Shown here in pieces: positions 46,219 to 55,676 of a stretch of 64,000 nt of DNA. Numbering within the stretch: position 1 is the first letter of the stretch; every line of letters begins with the position of its first letter. Position numbers and translations under genes: made by a program. Source of the DNA: Gemmatimonadaceae bacterium (GTDB lineage Bacteria; Gemmatimonadota; Gemmatimonadetes; Gemmatimonadales; Gemmatimonadaceae); NCBI GenBank assembly GCA_036376535.1, contig DASVAC010000169.1, positions 14,572 to 78,571 of the forward strand, written 5' to 3'. Below the pieces are notes generated by a model. The model did not search any database. It worked only from the letters and a program-made list of their open reading frames with translations, and was not told the origin of the DNA.

Positions 46219-46731
46219 TCAGGCGAGCGTTCCGCGATAGGTGGCGGATTGCCCGAAGCTTTCCTCCACTTCCATCTCGATCGACGTGAGATGCGCCACG
46301 TTGGCTTCGCCTAACTCAGTGAGGAGGCGGGCGGCCAGGTGGCGGGCCAGCATCTCGACGGTCGTGTTGGGGATGGGCAGGAGCGCGCAGTCTCTGGCCG
46401 GGAACACGTAGCGCTGCGTGCCCTCGTAGTCGACCCGCACGGTGCCGTCCGCGGTGACGATTCCGAGCTTGGGGTTCTCGAGCGGCAGCAGCACCTTGTG
46501 ATCGATCTCGTCGCAGAGTTGGCGCATGAGGCGTTTGATGAACGAAAAGTCGAGCACGTACCACCCGTCTTCGTCGAGTGCACCGTCGAGCGCGACACCC
46601 ACACGATAGTTGTGTCCGTGGAGCGACTCGCACCGGTGGCCGGCGAACGTGATGAAGTGCGCCGACGAGAAGACCGTGTAGTCCTTCTTGACCCGTATCC
46701 TAAACTCGCCGTGGGTTCGCATCGGTTCCAT
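46219..46731 (-). CDS. 6-pyruvoyl-tetrahydropterin synthase-related protein
   Basis: 170 aa. FSSAHFITFAGHRCESLHGHNYRVGVAL. Internal ATG at 46731 of a run-on ORF. Confidence 0.8.
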   Translation of the reverse strand: MEPMRTHGEFRIRVKKDYTVFSSAHFITFAGHRCESLHGHNYRVGVALDGALDEDGWYVLDFSFIKRLMRQLCDEIDHKVLLPLENPKLGIVTADGTVRVDYEGTQRYVFPARDCALLPIPNTTVEMLARHLAARLLTELGEANVAHLTSIEMEVEESFGQSATYRGTLA

Positions 46732-46739
46732 CCGGAGCG

Positions 46740-47624
46740 CTAGCTCCAGCCTCCTTCGAGAAGTACGGCGAAGATCGCGGCGGCGGTAAGGTCGGCCGTG
46801 GTGCCGGGGTTTCGCGAGTTGGACGTATCGCGGAGTGCGAGGTCGAACGCGGCGGTGCGCCGCCGTCCAACGGCACTGCGCACGCCGCCGGCCGCGAGGA
46901 CGGCCTGGCTGCGTTTCGAGACGTCCGCCGCGGTGGCCTCGCCCAACTTGCGTGCAATGTGCGTATCGGGCACAGCGGCGAGCAGCGTCAGGTAGGTCTC
47001 GACGATCGCGTCGTCCCACGATAGTTCGTCGCGCCGAGCGCGGCGCAGCGTGGGCGCGCCGAGCTCGAACGTCACCGCGTAATCCGTGGCGTATTCGCGA
47101 GCGACGCCGTCCCGATCGGCGGCAAGCGCCATCACGGCGCGCAGGGCGCGCGTTGGTGCGCGAGCAACGTCTTGTGCGTCGGCACGTCCAAGTCCGCCGG
47201 GACGCGCGAGACGAATCGCGGCGTAGACATCGGCGGCATCGCGGACCGTGGCGCGCTGCAACACACGCGCCACGCGGTCGCGGAGCGTCCCATCTTTCGG
47301 GTCGAGCGCGGCGCGGGCGAGGGGCGCGAGCAGCAGGACGATGCCGAGGTTGGTGTTGGCGCGCGTCCAACGAGCGGTTGCGGTGCAGGCCGCGCGAATG
47401 GTCGTGCCAAGCGAATGGCGGCGTGCGAGGAGCATGGCGGGTCCGATCGCCGCGGCACTGGCGAGGAAGTGCTCGTAGCGCGTGTCACGGAAATGCGTAC
47501 GCGCGGCTGGTGCAACGTTACCGGGCTTAGGTGCGCTGGCCTCGAGCAAGCACGCCAGTTGTGCGGCGCTGGCGATGTCGGCGGCTGTCGTTGGGCGTGC
47601 GTGCGCGCGCCGACCGGGCGTCAG
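46740..47624 (-). CDS. Triphosphoribosyl-dephospho-CoA synthase-like (CitG/MdcB family) protein of H4MPT clusters
   Basis: AAQLACLLEASAPKPGNV...GGLGRADAQDV. Start uncertain, since no ATG or GTG is nearby. A CTG at 47624 overlapping the upstream stop is only a guess. Confidence 0.6.
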   Translation of the reverse strand: MTPGRRAHARPTTAADIASAAQLACLLEASAPKPGNVAPAARTHFRDTRYEHFLASAAAIGPAMLLARRHSLGTTIRAACTATARWTRANTNLGIVLLLAPLARAALDPKDGTLRDRVARVLQRATVRDAADVYAAIRLARPGGLGRADAQDVARAPTRALRAVMALAADRDGVAREYATDYAVTFELGAPTLRRARRDELSWDDAIVETYLTLLAAVPDTHIARKLGEATAADVSKRSQAVLAAGGVRSAVGRRRTAAFDLALRDTSNSRNPGTTADLTAAAIFAVLLEGGWS

Positions 47625-48499
47625 CGCTGGACGCGATAGGCGTCGAGCAGGTGATCGACGATCGCTTGTGCGACGTCGACGGAGGTAGCCGTCTGAAGCC
47701 CGTGCCATCCAGGGATGCCGTTCACCTCGAGTACATAGACTGAACCGTCTCGAGCGGGCAGGAGATCGACGCCGGCGTACGCAGCGCCAACGGTGCGTGC
47801 CGCGCACAGCGCCATGGCGTGCCAGTCGGCGGGCAGCGTGATCGCGCGTGCGCGTCCACCACGAGCCAGATTGGTGCGCCAACCCGCCGCCGAGCGTTCG
47901 ATGGCGCCCACGACACGGTCGCCAACAACGAAGATGCGGACGTCGCGTCCTTCGTGCTCGATTGTGCGCTGAAGATAATACACCCCGTGGATCGCTTCCA
48001 GCGAGCGAAACACACGCCATGCGATCTCCTCATCGCTCACGCGGACCATGCCGAGTCCCATGGAGCCGACGAGGGGTTTGACGATGACGTCGCGCATGGC
48101 GCGGAAGGCGTGCATCGCATCGTCCGCGCGCTCGCACACGATTGTTTCCGGTGTGGCGAGACCGGCGCGCGCGAGGAGCGCCGACGTATAGAACTTGTCG
48201 ACCGTACGCTCGATGGCGCGCGGTGGATTCATGACGGGGACGCCGGCATCCTCGAGCGCGTGGAGGGCGTCGACGCGAAACACGATCTGCTCGAGCGACC
48301 CGTTGGGGATGATGCGTGCGAGAACGGCGTCGGCGTCGAGGAGATCGGTGTCGTGAGCGGCGAGACGGGCGCCGCGGCCGAGCGATGCGACGACGGCTTC
48401 GTAGGGGAATACGGCCGCGTGCGCGCCCCGAGCGGCGAGCGCGCGCGTGAGCTCATCGGTGTGCCATCCGGTGCGAGCGGCGAGGATGGCGACGAACAC
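47621..48499 (-). CDS. mptN: RimK-like ATP-grasp ligase (tetrahydromethanopterin:L-glutamate ligase type)
   Basis: 292 aa. ATP-grasp motifs (VIVKPLVGSMGLGM, AGVDLL...YVLEVNGIPGW). Confidence 0.75.
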   Translation of the reverse strand: MFVAILAARTGWHTDELTRALAARGAHAAVFPYEAVVASLGRGARLAAHDTDLLDADAVLARIIPNGSLEQIVFRVDALHALEDAGVPVMNPPRAIERTVDKFYTSALLARAGLATPETIVCERADDAMHAFRAMRDVIVKPLVGSMGLGMVRVSDEEIAWRVFRSLEAIHGVYYLQRTIEHEGRDVRIFVVGDRVVGAIERSAAGWRTNLARGGRARAITLPADWHAMALCAARTVGAAYAGVDLLPARDGSVYVLEVNGIPGWHGLQTATSVDVAQAIVDHLLDAYRVQR

Positions 48500-48504
48500 G
48501 GACG

Positions 48505-48816
48505 TCAGCCTTCCTGGCCGGTGAGGGCCGTGAAGCCACCGGTGGCAAAGTTAGGCAGATCGCCGGCGACCGCGGCGAACCCCGGCGTCGCGGTGCCGCG
48601 GGTGAGCGCGGCCTCGGAGTCGAACCAGAGCTCTGCCTTACGGTAGAACGCGGGTTTGGAGCCATCCAAATTGCGGGGAAACTTCATGAGCACCGCGCGC
48701 GAGAAGCCGATTTCCTTGGCGTGCTTGTTGACGAGCGGGAGGTGCGTCGCGGCATAGTACTTCTCGAATACCGCGGGCTCCTTCGGGTGATTGTAGATGA
48801 CGACGACGCACCACAT
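48505..48816 (-). CDS. EthD-domain protein
   Basis: MWCVVVIYNHPKEPAVFEKYYAATHLPLV.... ATG at 48816 is preceded by GAGG. Confidence 0.65.
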   Translation of the reverse strand: MWCVVVIYNHPKEPAVFEKYYAATHLPLVNKHAKEIGFSRAVLMKFPRNLDGSKPAFYRKAELWFDSEAALTRGTATPGFAAVAGDLPNFATGGFTALTGQEG

Positions 48817-48860
48817 TTGAACCTCGGGAATGGGGAAACGAACGACGAGTCGAGGATGGC

Positions 48861-49817
48861 TCAACCCATGAGAGAGCTACGGAGCACCTCGGGGTCCAAC
48901 TTGCCGCCGTGGAACGTGCGGCCGGATGTATCGCTGGTGAGCCAGACTTCGCCGGGACTGAACAGCATCTTGTCGATCTTGTAGAAGTCGCCGCCGTAGC
49001 GCTTGAAGATGTCGTAGAAGGGCGTGCCGTAGTCGTGCGACGCGGACGCGGGGAGCTGGCTCGCGAGCTGCGAGAGCTCGTCGTCGTCTGCGCGGACGGT
49101 GAAGTGTGCCTGGCCGCCGTAGAGCACGCAGTCGTTGGTCCGGCCGATCGCGTGCAGGTCGTCGTGCGCCACCGGCGGCAACGGGGCCACGCCGATCCCG
49201 CTCACCACCCGGCGGACGTCGAAGCCTAACGATTCCATCTTGTGGAGGGCGGTCTCGAGGATGCGCGCCACCACCTGCACGCCGCCGGCGAGGGATGCGG
49301 TGGGCGCGATGGCGATGGTGATCTGCCGCGGGTCGAGCTTCGAGCGCGAGGCGATGTAGTGCGCGACTTCATCCGTCGGCGGCGTACGTCCCTCGAGGAC
49401 CAGCACGCCGCGTGTCGCTTGCTCGCCGTAGCCTAGCTTCGAGAACAATTCGGCTTCGACCCGCGCGTGGGCGCGCAGCGGACCCGATGCCATCGCGAAG
49501 TACTTGCCGACCTGGATGGCCCATCCGGCGTATTGCGACGCCATGCAGGCGAGGGCCGGGTGGTCGGTCCAGACGCGCACGCCGGGATACGAGTCGGCGC
49601 CAATTCGTAACCAAGTGAGACTAATATCGGCGAGGCCGCTCGTGCACAGCTGCGCGAGCGCGAGGCCCGCGCCCAGTCCGCCGGCGGCTTCGATGCCCGC
49701 GTCGAGGAGGCGCGTGCCCGAGGGCAGGAGGCTGCTCGCGATGCGGAGCTGGCTCGCGCGCTCGACCATGCCGTCGGCGAGCTCCCAGGCGCGCTCGTTC
49801 AAGTGCAGGGCGCTCAT
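48861..49817 (-). CDS. mch: Methenyl-H4MPT cyclohydrolase
   Basis: 318 aa. LNERAWELADGMV...LLDAGIEAAGGLGAGLALAQLC.... Confidence 0.9.
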   Translation of the reverse strand: MSALHLNERAWELADGMVERASQLRIASSLLPSGTRLLDAGIEAAGGLGAGLALAQLCTSGLADISLTWLRIGADSYPGVRVWTDHPALACMASQYAGWAIQVGKYFAMASGPLRAHARVEAELFSKLGYGEQATRGVLVLEGRTPPTDEVAHYIASRSKLDPRQITIAIAPTASLAGGVQVVARILETALHKMESLGFDVRRVVSGIGVAPLPPVAHDDLHAIGRTNDCVLYGGQAHFTVRADDDELSQLASQLPASASHDYGTPFYDIFKRYGGDFYKIDKMLFSPGEVWLTSDTSGRTFHGGKLDPEVLRSSLMG

Positions 49818-50638
49818 CGCTCGTCGCTCCGCGCCAGAATCTCGCCTCGGCCCAACTCCGCCATGTCGCCGCTATACCGGCGGAAGCGCGCGGCCAGCAG
49901 GCCGCCATCGATCGAGAGGTTCCGACGCGACGTCAGGTGGACGAGCGTCACCGCGATGTGCGGCGGGCGGTAGGTGCAGTCGTATTGATAGGCGGGTGAA
50001 ACCGAGACGCTGCCGAACACGACGATGGTGCCGCGCTTGTTGAATCGACCCGGATCGTCCCCTGCACCGCCGAATACGATGACGTTGCCGGCGATCATGC
50101 CGATGCCGGCGCGCGGCCCCGCGTTGCCCGCGACCACTACGGTGCCGCGCCGCATGGTGGCGCCGACCTCGGCGCCGGCGTTGCCGCGCACGATGATCTC
50201 GCCGCCGGCCATGCCGCGGGCGGCGGCGAGGCGGCCGGCGCCTAACCGATCGCCAGCGTTCCCGGCGATGTCGAGGAGGCCGCCGGTCATCTCGAGGCCG
50301 GCGCCATACGCGGCATCGCCGCCGACGTACAGGGCGCCGCCAGCCATGCGCGTGCCGGCGTACCGCCCCAGGGAGCCCTCGACGCGCAGCTCGCCGGTGG
50401 TCATGCCCGCGCCGATCGCGTCGACCATCGCGAGATCGCCGGCGACGCGCACGCGGCTCGACGCGCCGCCGCGCACCTGGAACACGTCGCCTAACGGAAT
50501 GGTGTGCGGGCCGTCCCATACCGGGAGGCGCGCGATGGCTGCTTCGTCGAGCGTCGCGAAGGCATCGGGCGTGATGCACTCCGCCTCGAGCCGGCGCGTG
50601 GGCGCCGCGCGCAGCGTGAGCGTGACGGCGTCGCTCAT
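49814..50638 (-). CDS. fhcC: Formyltransferase/hydrolase complex subunit C (FwdC-like)
   Basis: Repetitive G-x-x-G beta-helix repeats (GNAGDRLGAG..GNAGAEVGA..GNAGPRAG). ATGA overlaps at both ends. Confidence 0.88.
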   Translation of the reverse strand: MSDAVTLTLRAAPTRRLEAECITPDAFATLDEAAIARLPVWDGPHTIPLGDVFQVRGGASSRVRVAGDLAMVDAIGAGMTTGELRVEGSLGRYAGTRMAGGALYVGGDAAYGAGLEMTGGLLDIAGNAGDRLGAGRLAAARGMAGGEIIVRGNAGAEVGATMRRGTVVVAGNAGPRAGIGMIAGNVIVFGGAGDDPGRFNKRGTIVVFGSVSVSPAYQYDCTYRPPHIAVTLVHLTSRRNLSIDGGLLAARFRRYSGDMAELGRGEILARSDER

Positions 50639-51540
50639 GCGGCGGGGTGCCCGTTCATGATCTGCCGCAAATGAAAATGATGCGGACCGAGCTTGCCGCC
50701 GTAGTTGCCGGCCGAGATCCGGTGCACCCCCTCGCGGCACGCGGCGTCGATGCCGGCGCGCATGGCGGCCGCGATGGATGGCGCGTCGACGCCGTCGAGT
50801 ACGATCTCGAGCGCGGCGTTCGCTTCGTTAGGCAGCGACGATGCCGTGACCGCCCGCAGGGTGGGCGCGAATGCGTCGTTGGTCGTGGCGATCATGTTGG
50901 CGTAGCGTTTGGCGCCCACCTTGCTGCCGCTGCGCACGATGCCGCCCGGGAACGGCAGCACCACACCCGGCATGCCGCGCATGGCGTCCACGGACGCCTC
51001 CGCGGCGTCGAGCGCAGCGGCCTCGCTCTTGGCGAGGATGAGAAAGTTGCCGCCGCCCACGCCCTTCACGCGGCCGAACGACTCCTGCACGAGGAACTCG
51101 CCCTCCATCACCGGGATGCGCCAGTAGCGCTCGCCGCCGATCACCTTGCTGGCCTGGAACCCGTCGCCGAACACGCGCAGCGACCGGCCCACGGGCATGC
51201 GGTCGGCAGCGTCAGGCATCCCGTCGAAGCACGCGGTCGTGACGCACGTGAGGACGGTCTGGCCGATGCGCTCGATGAGCCGCTTCGGGAGGCTGTCCGC
51301 ATCCATCGTGAAGAGCAGGACGCTCACGCCGGGACGGCCATCCGGCGTCTCCGATCCCGCGAGCTCGCGTTCGATTCCGGCTTCGACCTTGCAGGCGATG
51401 ACGGAGGTTGCAAAGCCGGTCATCTCGCGCGCGGCCTCGGTGGCCCACCGCGCATCGCGCGCGGTGATGATCACGCGCGCCGCGCGCATGCCGAAGGCCT
51501 CGGCGAAGGTGTCTTCGATCGCGACGCCGCGGATCTGCAC
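50635..51540 (-). CDS. fhcD: Formylmethanofuran:H4MPT N-formyltransferase
   Basis: 301 aa. IEDTFAEAFGMRAARVIITA...GGGNFLILA. Confidence 0.9.
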   Translation of the reverse strand: MQIRGVAIEDTFAEAFGMRAARVIITARDARWATEAAREMTGFATSVIACKVEAGIERELAGSETPDGRPGVSVLLFTMDADSLPKRLIERIGQTVLTCVTTACFDGMPDAADRMPVGRSLRVFGDGFQASKVIGGERYWRIPVMEGEFLVQESFGRVKGVGGGNFLILAKSEAAALDAAEASVDAMRGMPGVVLPFPGGIVRSGSKVGAKRYANMIATTNDAFAPTLRAVTASSLPNEANAALEIVLDGVDAPSIAAAMRAGIDAACREGVHRISAGNYGGKLGPHHFHLRQIMNGHPAA

Positions 51541-51541
51541 G

Positions 51542-53191
51542 TTAGGCGCTCGCGCCCAGGGGAACCGGCGCGTCGCGAGGCGGCGCGACCGGATAGTTGG
51601 CGAGTGCGATGGTCGCGTAGCGATCGAACCACGCCGAGAGGTCGCGCATCACTGCGTCGTCATAGGGCGGCCGCACGTGCATGCGGTGCGTCGGCGGTGC
51701 GCGGCGCAACTGGCCTTCCTCGACCACCAGCACGCCACCTTTGATCACGTACCGGGGCGTCGCGAACATGACGGCGATATCGGAATCGCGCGCGTAAATC
51801 GTGATGTCGGCGTCCGCGCCTGCGCCCAGGTGCCCCTTGTCGGTCAGGCCTAACTGACGCGCCGGGCCCGCGCGCGTGATGATCGCGATCTCGCGCAGCG
51901 TGTACTCGCGCGAGAGGCCGTCGGCCAGCGCGCTGCCGGCGAGCAGCTTGTGGTTCACGGCTTTGAGGCGCTCGTCGCGGTAGGCGCGATCCATCAACAG
52001 GCGAATCAGCTCGGGATAGCTCGTGAACACACCGCCGTTGGGATGATCCGTGGACAACACGACGCGCCATGGATCCTCGGACAACAAGAACAGCTCGAGC
52101 CCGACGACCCACTGGAGCGATGCGACCGCTGCGGCGTCGCGGTACTCGTATGGAACGATCCCGCAACCCGTCTCGAGCTCGACGTCGACGTTCACCCAGC
52201 GGCGTCCGCTGCTCGCGTGGAGCAGATACTCCACCGCGCCATCGGCGGTCACCGTGGTGGCGTGGCCGAGCATCACCTGGCCCACGTCGGCCGTCACCTC
52301 CTGATGCGTGTTGATGTAGGCGATGAGCTCCTTCGCGCCCGACGCCCAGGGCTTTCCGTTTCCGCCGGCGTACGCGTGGAACTGCACGTGCGTGAAATGT
52401 GCGCGACGACCCGACAGCGCGCGCATGCTATCGAGCGTCGTCGTCACGTTGCCGGGCAGCCCGAGGTTGTTGCAGTGGATGTGCACCGGGTGCGGCAGCG
52501 CGAGGCCGTTGGCCGCGTCGGCCAGCGTTTCCATGATGGCACGGGGCGTCACGCCCGGCATGCCTAACGCCTCATCGATGCTCGTCACGGCGCGCACGTT
52601 GCGCTTCCACGCTTCGATGCCGCCGGGGTTGACGACCTTGATGGCGTACGCGCCCGTTGCGCCTAACAGCCAGGCGGCGTAGTCGCGCGCGCGCTCGCGC
52701 TCGCCGGCGGCCACCTGCCGCAACAGGTACGCGTCGTTGCCCATGAGCACGAAGAATCCGGCGTCGATGATGGGCGTGTCGTCCAACTGCGCGTGCGTAT
52801 CGCGCGCGCCGGCGGGCGCCACCGCGGCATCGAACACCGTGGTGTAGCCGAGTCCCGCGTAGCGATAGCCGGTGGTGAACGTGGTGGGCACCGTGCCGCC
52901 GGTGCCCGAGCGCGCGACGGCGTCGAGCAGCGCGGGCGGCGACACCGGATCCCGCGTGCGTTCGTCGGACAGAATCCGGCGTGCTTGATTTACGCTCGAT
53001 GCGGCGATGTGCGCGTGGACGTCGATGCCGCCGGGCATCACCACCATGCCATGTGCGTCGAGCCGCGGCGCATCGCCGGGGAGCGACGCGACGATGCGGC
53101 CGTCCTCGACGCACACGTCGCGCACGTCGCCGTCAACGCCGTTCGCGGGATCGTACACGGCGCCGCCCGTGATGCGCAGGCGGTCGGTCAC
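51542..53191 (-). CDS. fhcA: Formyltransferase/hydrolase complex subunit A (FwdA-like amidohydrolase)
   Basis: 549 aa. PGGIDVHAHIA metal-binding motif. GTGA overlap with fhcB. Stop codon TAA lies inside GCCTAAC. Confidence 0.92.
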   Translation of the reverse strand: MTDRLRITGGAVYDPANGVDGDVRDVCVEDGRIVASLPGDAPRLDAHGMVVMPGGIDVHAHIAASSVNQARRILSDERTRDPVSPPALLDAVARSGTGGTVPTTFTTGYRYAGLGYTTVFDAAVAPAGARDTHAQLDDTPIIDAGFFVLMGNDAYLLRQVAAGERERARDYAAWLLGATGAYAIKVVNPGGIEAWKRNVRAVTSIDEALGMPGVTPRAIMETLADAANGLALPHPVHIHCNNLGLPGNVTTTLDSMRALSGRRAHFTHVQFHAYAGGNGKPWASGAKELIAYINTHQEVTADVGQVMLGHATTVTADGAVEYLLHASSGRRWVNVDVELETGCGIVPYEYRDAAAVASLQWVVGLELFLLSEDPWRVVLSTDHPNGGVFTSYPELIRLLMDRAYRDERLKAVNHKLLAGSALADGLSREYTLREIAIITRAGPARQLGLTDKGHLGAGADADITIYARDSDIAVMFATPRYVIKGGVLVVEEGQLRRAPPTHRMHVRPPYDDAVMRDLSAWFDRYATIALANYPVAPPRDAPVPLGASA

Positions 53192-54450
53192 GAGCGGCGT
53201 GCCCGGCGTGTGCCGATGCGTTGGGCGAGCGCGCGCACCACGTCCGCGGCCACGGTCGGGCCGGGCACGGGCGCGCGCAGCGGAAGCGGAACGTCGTCCA
53301 TGCGGAACGCCGTCCCGCGCTCATGGATGCCGGCGACGCCGGTGTCGATCGCCACCTCGCACGGCGTCTCCGAGGCGGCCGGACCGATGGCGATCGACGG
53401 CACCGCATCGATCGCGAACGGGATGCCTAACGCGCGACCGACCAGGAGCACCGCGTCCACGGCGCCCGACGCGACGAGTGCGCGCGCGCCGTCATCCGGA
53501 CGGAACCGCGGAAATCCGCGCGAGAAGTCCACCGTCATCGGGTAACCGGTCTGCCACGTGAGCACGGACTCGGCGCCCACCCGATTGCCGCCGGCGCGCA
53601 GCGGCGTGACGGACGCGCGCGTCACGGCATTGAGCTGCTGGCCGAGCGCGGTGAGCGATTCGGCGCGCGCGGGCTCGTTCGGCAGCGTGCCCGGCTCGGC
53701 GTCGTACACGATCACCGCGTAGCGCGCGGCGGTGAGCGTGCGGGCGAGATCCGCCAGGCCGCCGAGTTGCGCACCGCCTAACGCACGGCCCGCGACCGCG
53801 GCGCGCAGCGCGGCGATCGCGTCGAGCTCCTGGTCGGCGCGTACGCGGATGCGCATATCCGCGTCCGACGGGCCGCGAGCGTCGCCCACGTCGACGGACA
53901 CGAGGCGCCGGCTGCGGCGGCCATCGGGGACGAACAGTCCCGCGGGCTCGGGCGCGTAGCGCGACGCATAGCGCGGATATCGCTCCGCCGGATCGGTGCC
54001 CCAGAACACGATGCAGTCGGCGCGATTGCGAATCTCACCGAGCGTCGCGCTCACGCGGCCGCGCCGTTGGGCGGCGAGGATGCCCGCAGCGACCGTGGAT
54101 GAGCTCACGCCATCGACGACCGCGTGCAGCGTGTCGGCGACTTCCACCGCGGCGCGCTGTGTTTCGCACGAGATGTCGAGACTCAAGAACACGAGCGCGC
54201 GCCGCGCTTGATCGAGGAGCGTGGCGGCGGCGTCGAGCGCGGCGTCGACCGTAACGGTCGAAGCGCGCGCTCGGGCGATTGCAGGCGCGCGTCCGTCGCC
54301 AAACCACGAGACGCCGAGCGGGCAGGCGCCACGCGCTTCGGCGATGCGCCCGTCGCGCACCGCCACCGCGATGTCATCGCACGAGCAGCCACATCCCAGG
54401 CAGGTGACGTGCTCGACGAGGCCCCCGCCCCCTCCCGGCATCTCGCTCAT
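53188..54450 (-). CDS. fhcB: Formyltransferase/hydrolase complex subunit B (FwdB-like)
   Basis: 420 aa. N-terminal Cys cluster VTCLGCGCSCDD and a molybdopterin-oxidoreductase-like fold. Confidence 0.9.
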   Translation of the reverse strand: MSEMPGGGGGLVEHVTCLGCGCSCDDIAVAVRDGRIAEARGACPLGVSWFGDGRAPAIARARASTVTVDAALDAAATLLDQARRALVFLSLDISCETQRAAVEVADTLHAVVDGVSSSTVAAGILAAQRRGRVSATLGEIRNRADCIVFWGTDPAERYPRYASRYAPEPAGLFVPDGRRSRRLVSVDVGDARGPSDADMRIRVRADQELDAIAALRAAVAGRALGGAQLGGLADLARTLTAARYAVIVYDAEPGTLPNEPARAESLTALGQQLNAVTRASVTPLRAGGNRVGAESVLTWQTGYPMTVDFSRGFPRFRPDDGARALVASGAVDAVLLVGRALGIPFAIDAVPSIAIGPAASETPCEVAIDTGVAGIHERGTAFRMDDVPLPLRAPVPGPTVAADVVRALAQRIGTRRARRS

Positions 54451-55676
54451 GCGCTCCTTCTCCCGCTGCCCCCGATTTCGTCATACAGCTTTCGCGCGCG
54501 CTGCACAAGCGCGGCGTGGCAAGCGGCGTCGCTCGCGCCGCGTGCGAAGATGGTACAGACGGGGCTGCCGCGCGGAATCCGCTCACCGGGATGCGGGACG
54601 TCTCGCACCGAGGGATCGTCGAGCCACGCGTGCGTATCGCCGACGACAACCGTCCGCTTCGCGAACACTATCGCCTTGCCGAAGACCTCGGCAGCGGATT
54701 CGTGGCGGGCGGATTCAAGATCGAAACGCGGCGCGATTCCACAGCACCCGCTGACGTGCGCACCGAACACCGAGAATTCGAACGCGCGTTCGGCGAGCTC
54801 CATGGACGCCGTGTACCGCGGATTTATCTCGGTCACGAACGGCGTGCCGTTCCGGGCAATGAAGTCGATCCCGTTGACACCCACCAGGCGCAGCTCCCGC
54901 GTGAGAGTGTCGGCGATGGTGCAGACGGTGTCGAACAACGCGTCGCCTGAGGCGAACGTTGTCGACCGGTGAGGCACGAGAATACTGCCGCAGTACCCGA
55001 ATCCGGAGGCCCCGAACTCGGCCTCGCCCACGAGTTGTCGACTGAACGCGAATGGGACTGCGCGCGTGCCGTCGGCGGCAAATACGAGCGAGCCGGCTTG
55101 GCCGGCGATGCGTTGTTGCAGAAAATGCGTTCTGCGCAGCGTGTCGCCACGTCGCCAGCGCGTGATGCCGTGACCGCCGCCTGAGGCGAACGGCTTGGCC
55201 AGCCACGCGGTGTGGCCGGGATCTCGGCCACTGCGGAGACGCAGCGCCGGCGCCGCGAATCCGCGCGCCCGCAGCAGGGCTGCCACGACCGATGGCGACC
55301 GCGCCCGAGTCAGCACGGGTGGCGGATTGCCGAGGAGTCGCCGGCCGCGCGCCAACACGCGCACCGCGTCGGGGTGGTTCTCGAAGCTGGCGACGTACGA
55401 CACCCAATCGCCGGGCACCGCGGCCGCCGCGCGGGCGATGCCTAACGGATCGTACCGGCCGACGCCTGGTGACGAAGCGCGCACGGCCAACGCCGGCGTC
55501 GCGGCGTTGTCGAGATCGGCGAAGGCGTCGACCGATGCCACGGTGTAGCCGGCTCGCACCGCCGATTCGACCAATGCGCGCGTCGAAAAGCCGGCGACGA
55601 CGACGCCTCCCGCCGGTCCGGTTCGCACGCGCGCACGATTCGCGTCAGGCGATGCCGAGGCGGTGGCGCGCGGCAT
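54447..55676 (-). CDS. ATP-grasp enzyme associated with methanofuran/H4MPT cofactor biosynthesis (MfnD-like?)
   Basis: GVNGIDFIARNGTPFVTEINPRYTASMEL and a pre-ATP-grasp N-terminus. Start uncertain because of a 32-nt overlap with the upstream ORF. Confidence 0.6.
   Translation of the reverse strand: MPRATASASPDANRARVRTGPAGGVVVAGFSTRALVESAVRAGYTVASVDAFADLDNAATPALAVRASSPGVGRYDPLGIARAAAAVPGDWVSYVASFENHPDAVRVLARGRRLLGNPPPVLTRARSPSVVAALLRARGFAAPALRLRSGRDPGHTAWLAKPFASGGGHGITRWRRGDTLRRTHFLQQRIAGQAGSLVFAADGTRAVPFAFSRQLVGEAEFGASGFGYCGSILVPHRSTTFASGDALFDTVCTIADTLTRELRLVGVNGIDFIARNGTPFVTEINPRYTASMELAERAFEFSVFGAHVSGCCGIAPRFDLESARHESAAEVFGKAIVFAKRTVVVGDTHAWLDDPSVRDVPHPGERIPRGSPVCTIFARGASDAACHAALVQRARKLYDEIGGSGRRSA

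Noticed and set aside
46219-48020. 383-aa and 426-aa ORFs extending the PTPS-like and CitG-like genes far upstream
   Set aside because: The extensions overlap the upstream genes and are Arg-rich junk. The recognisable domains start at 46731 and at about 47624.
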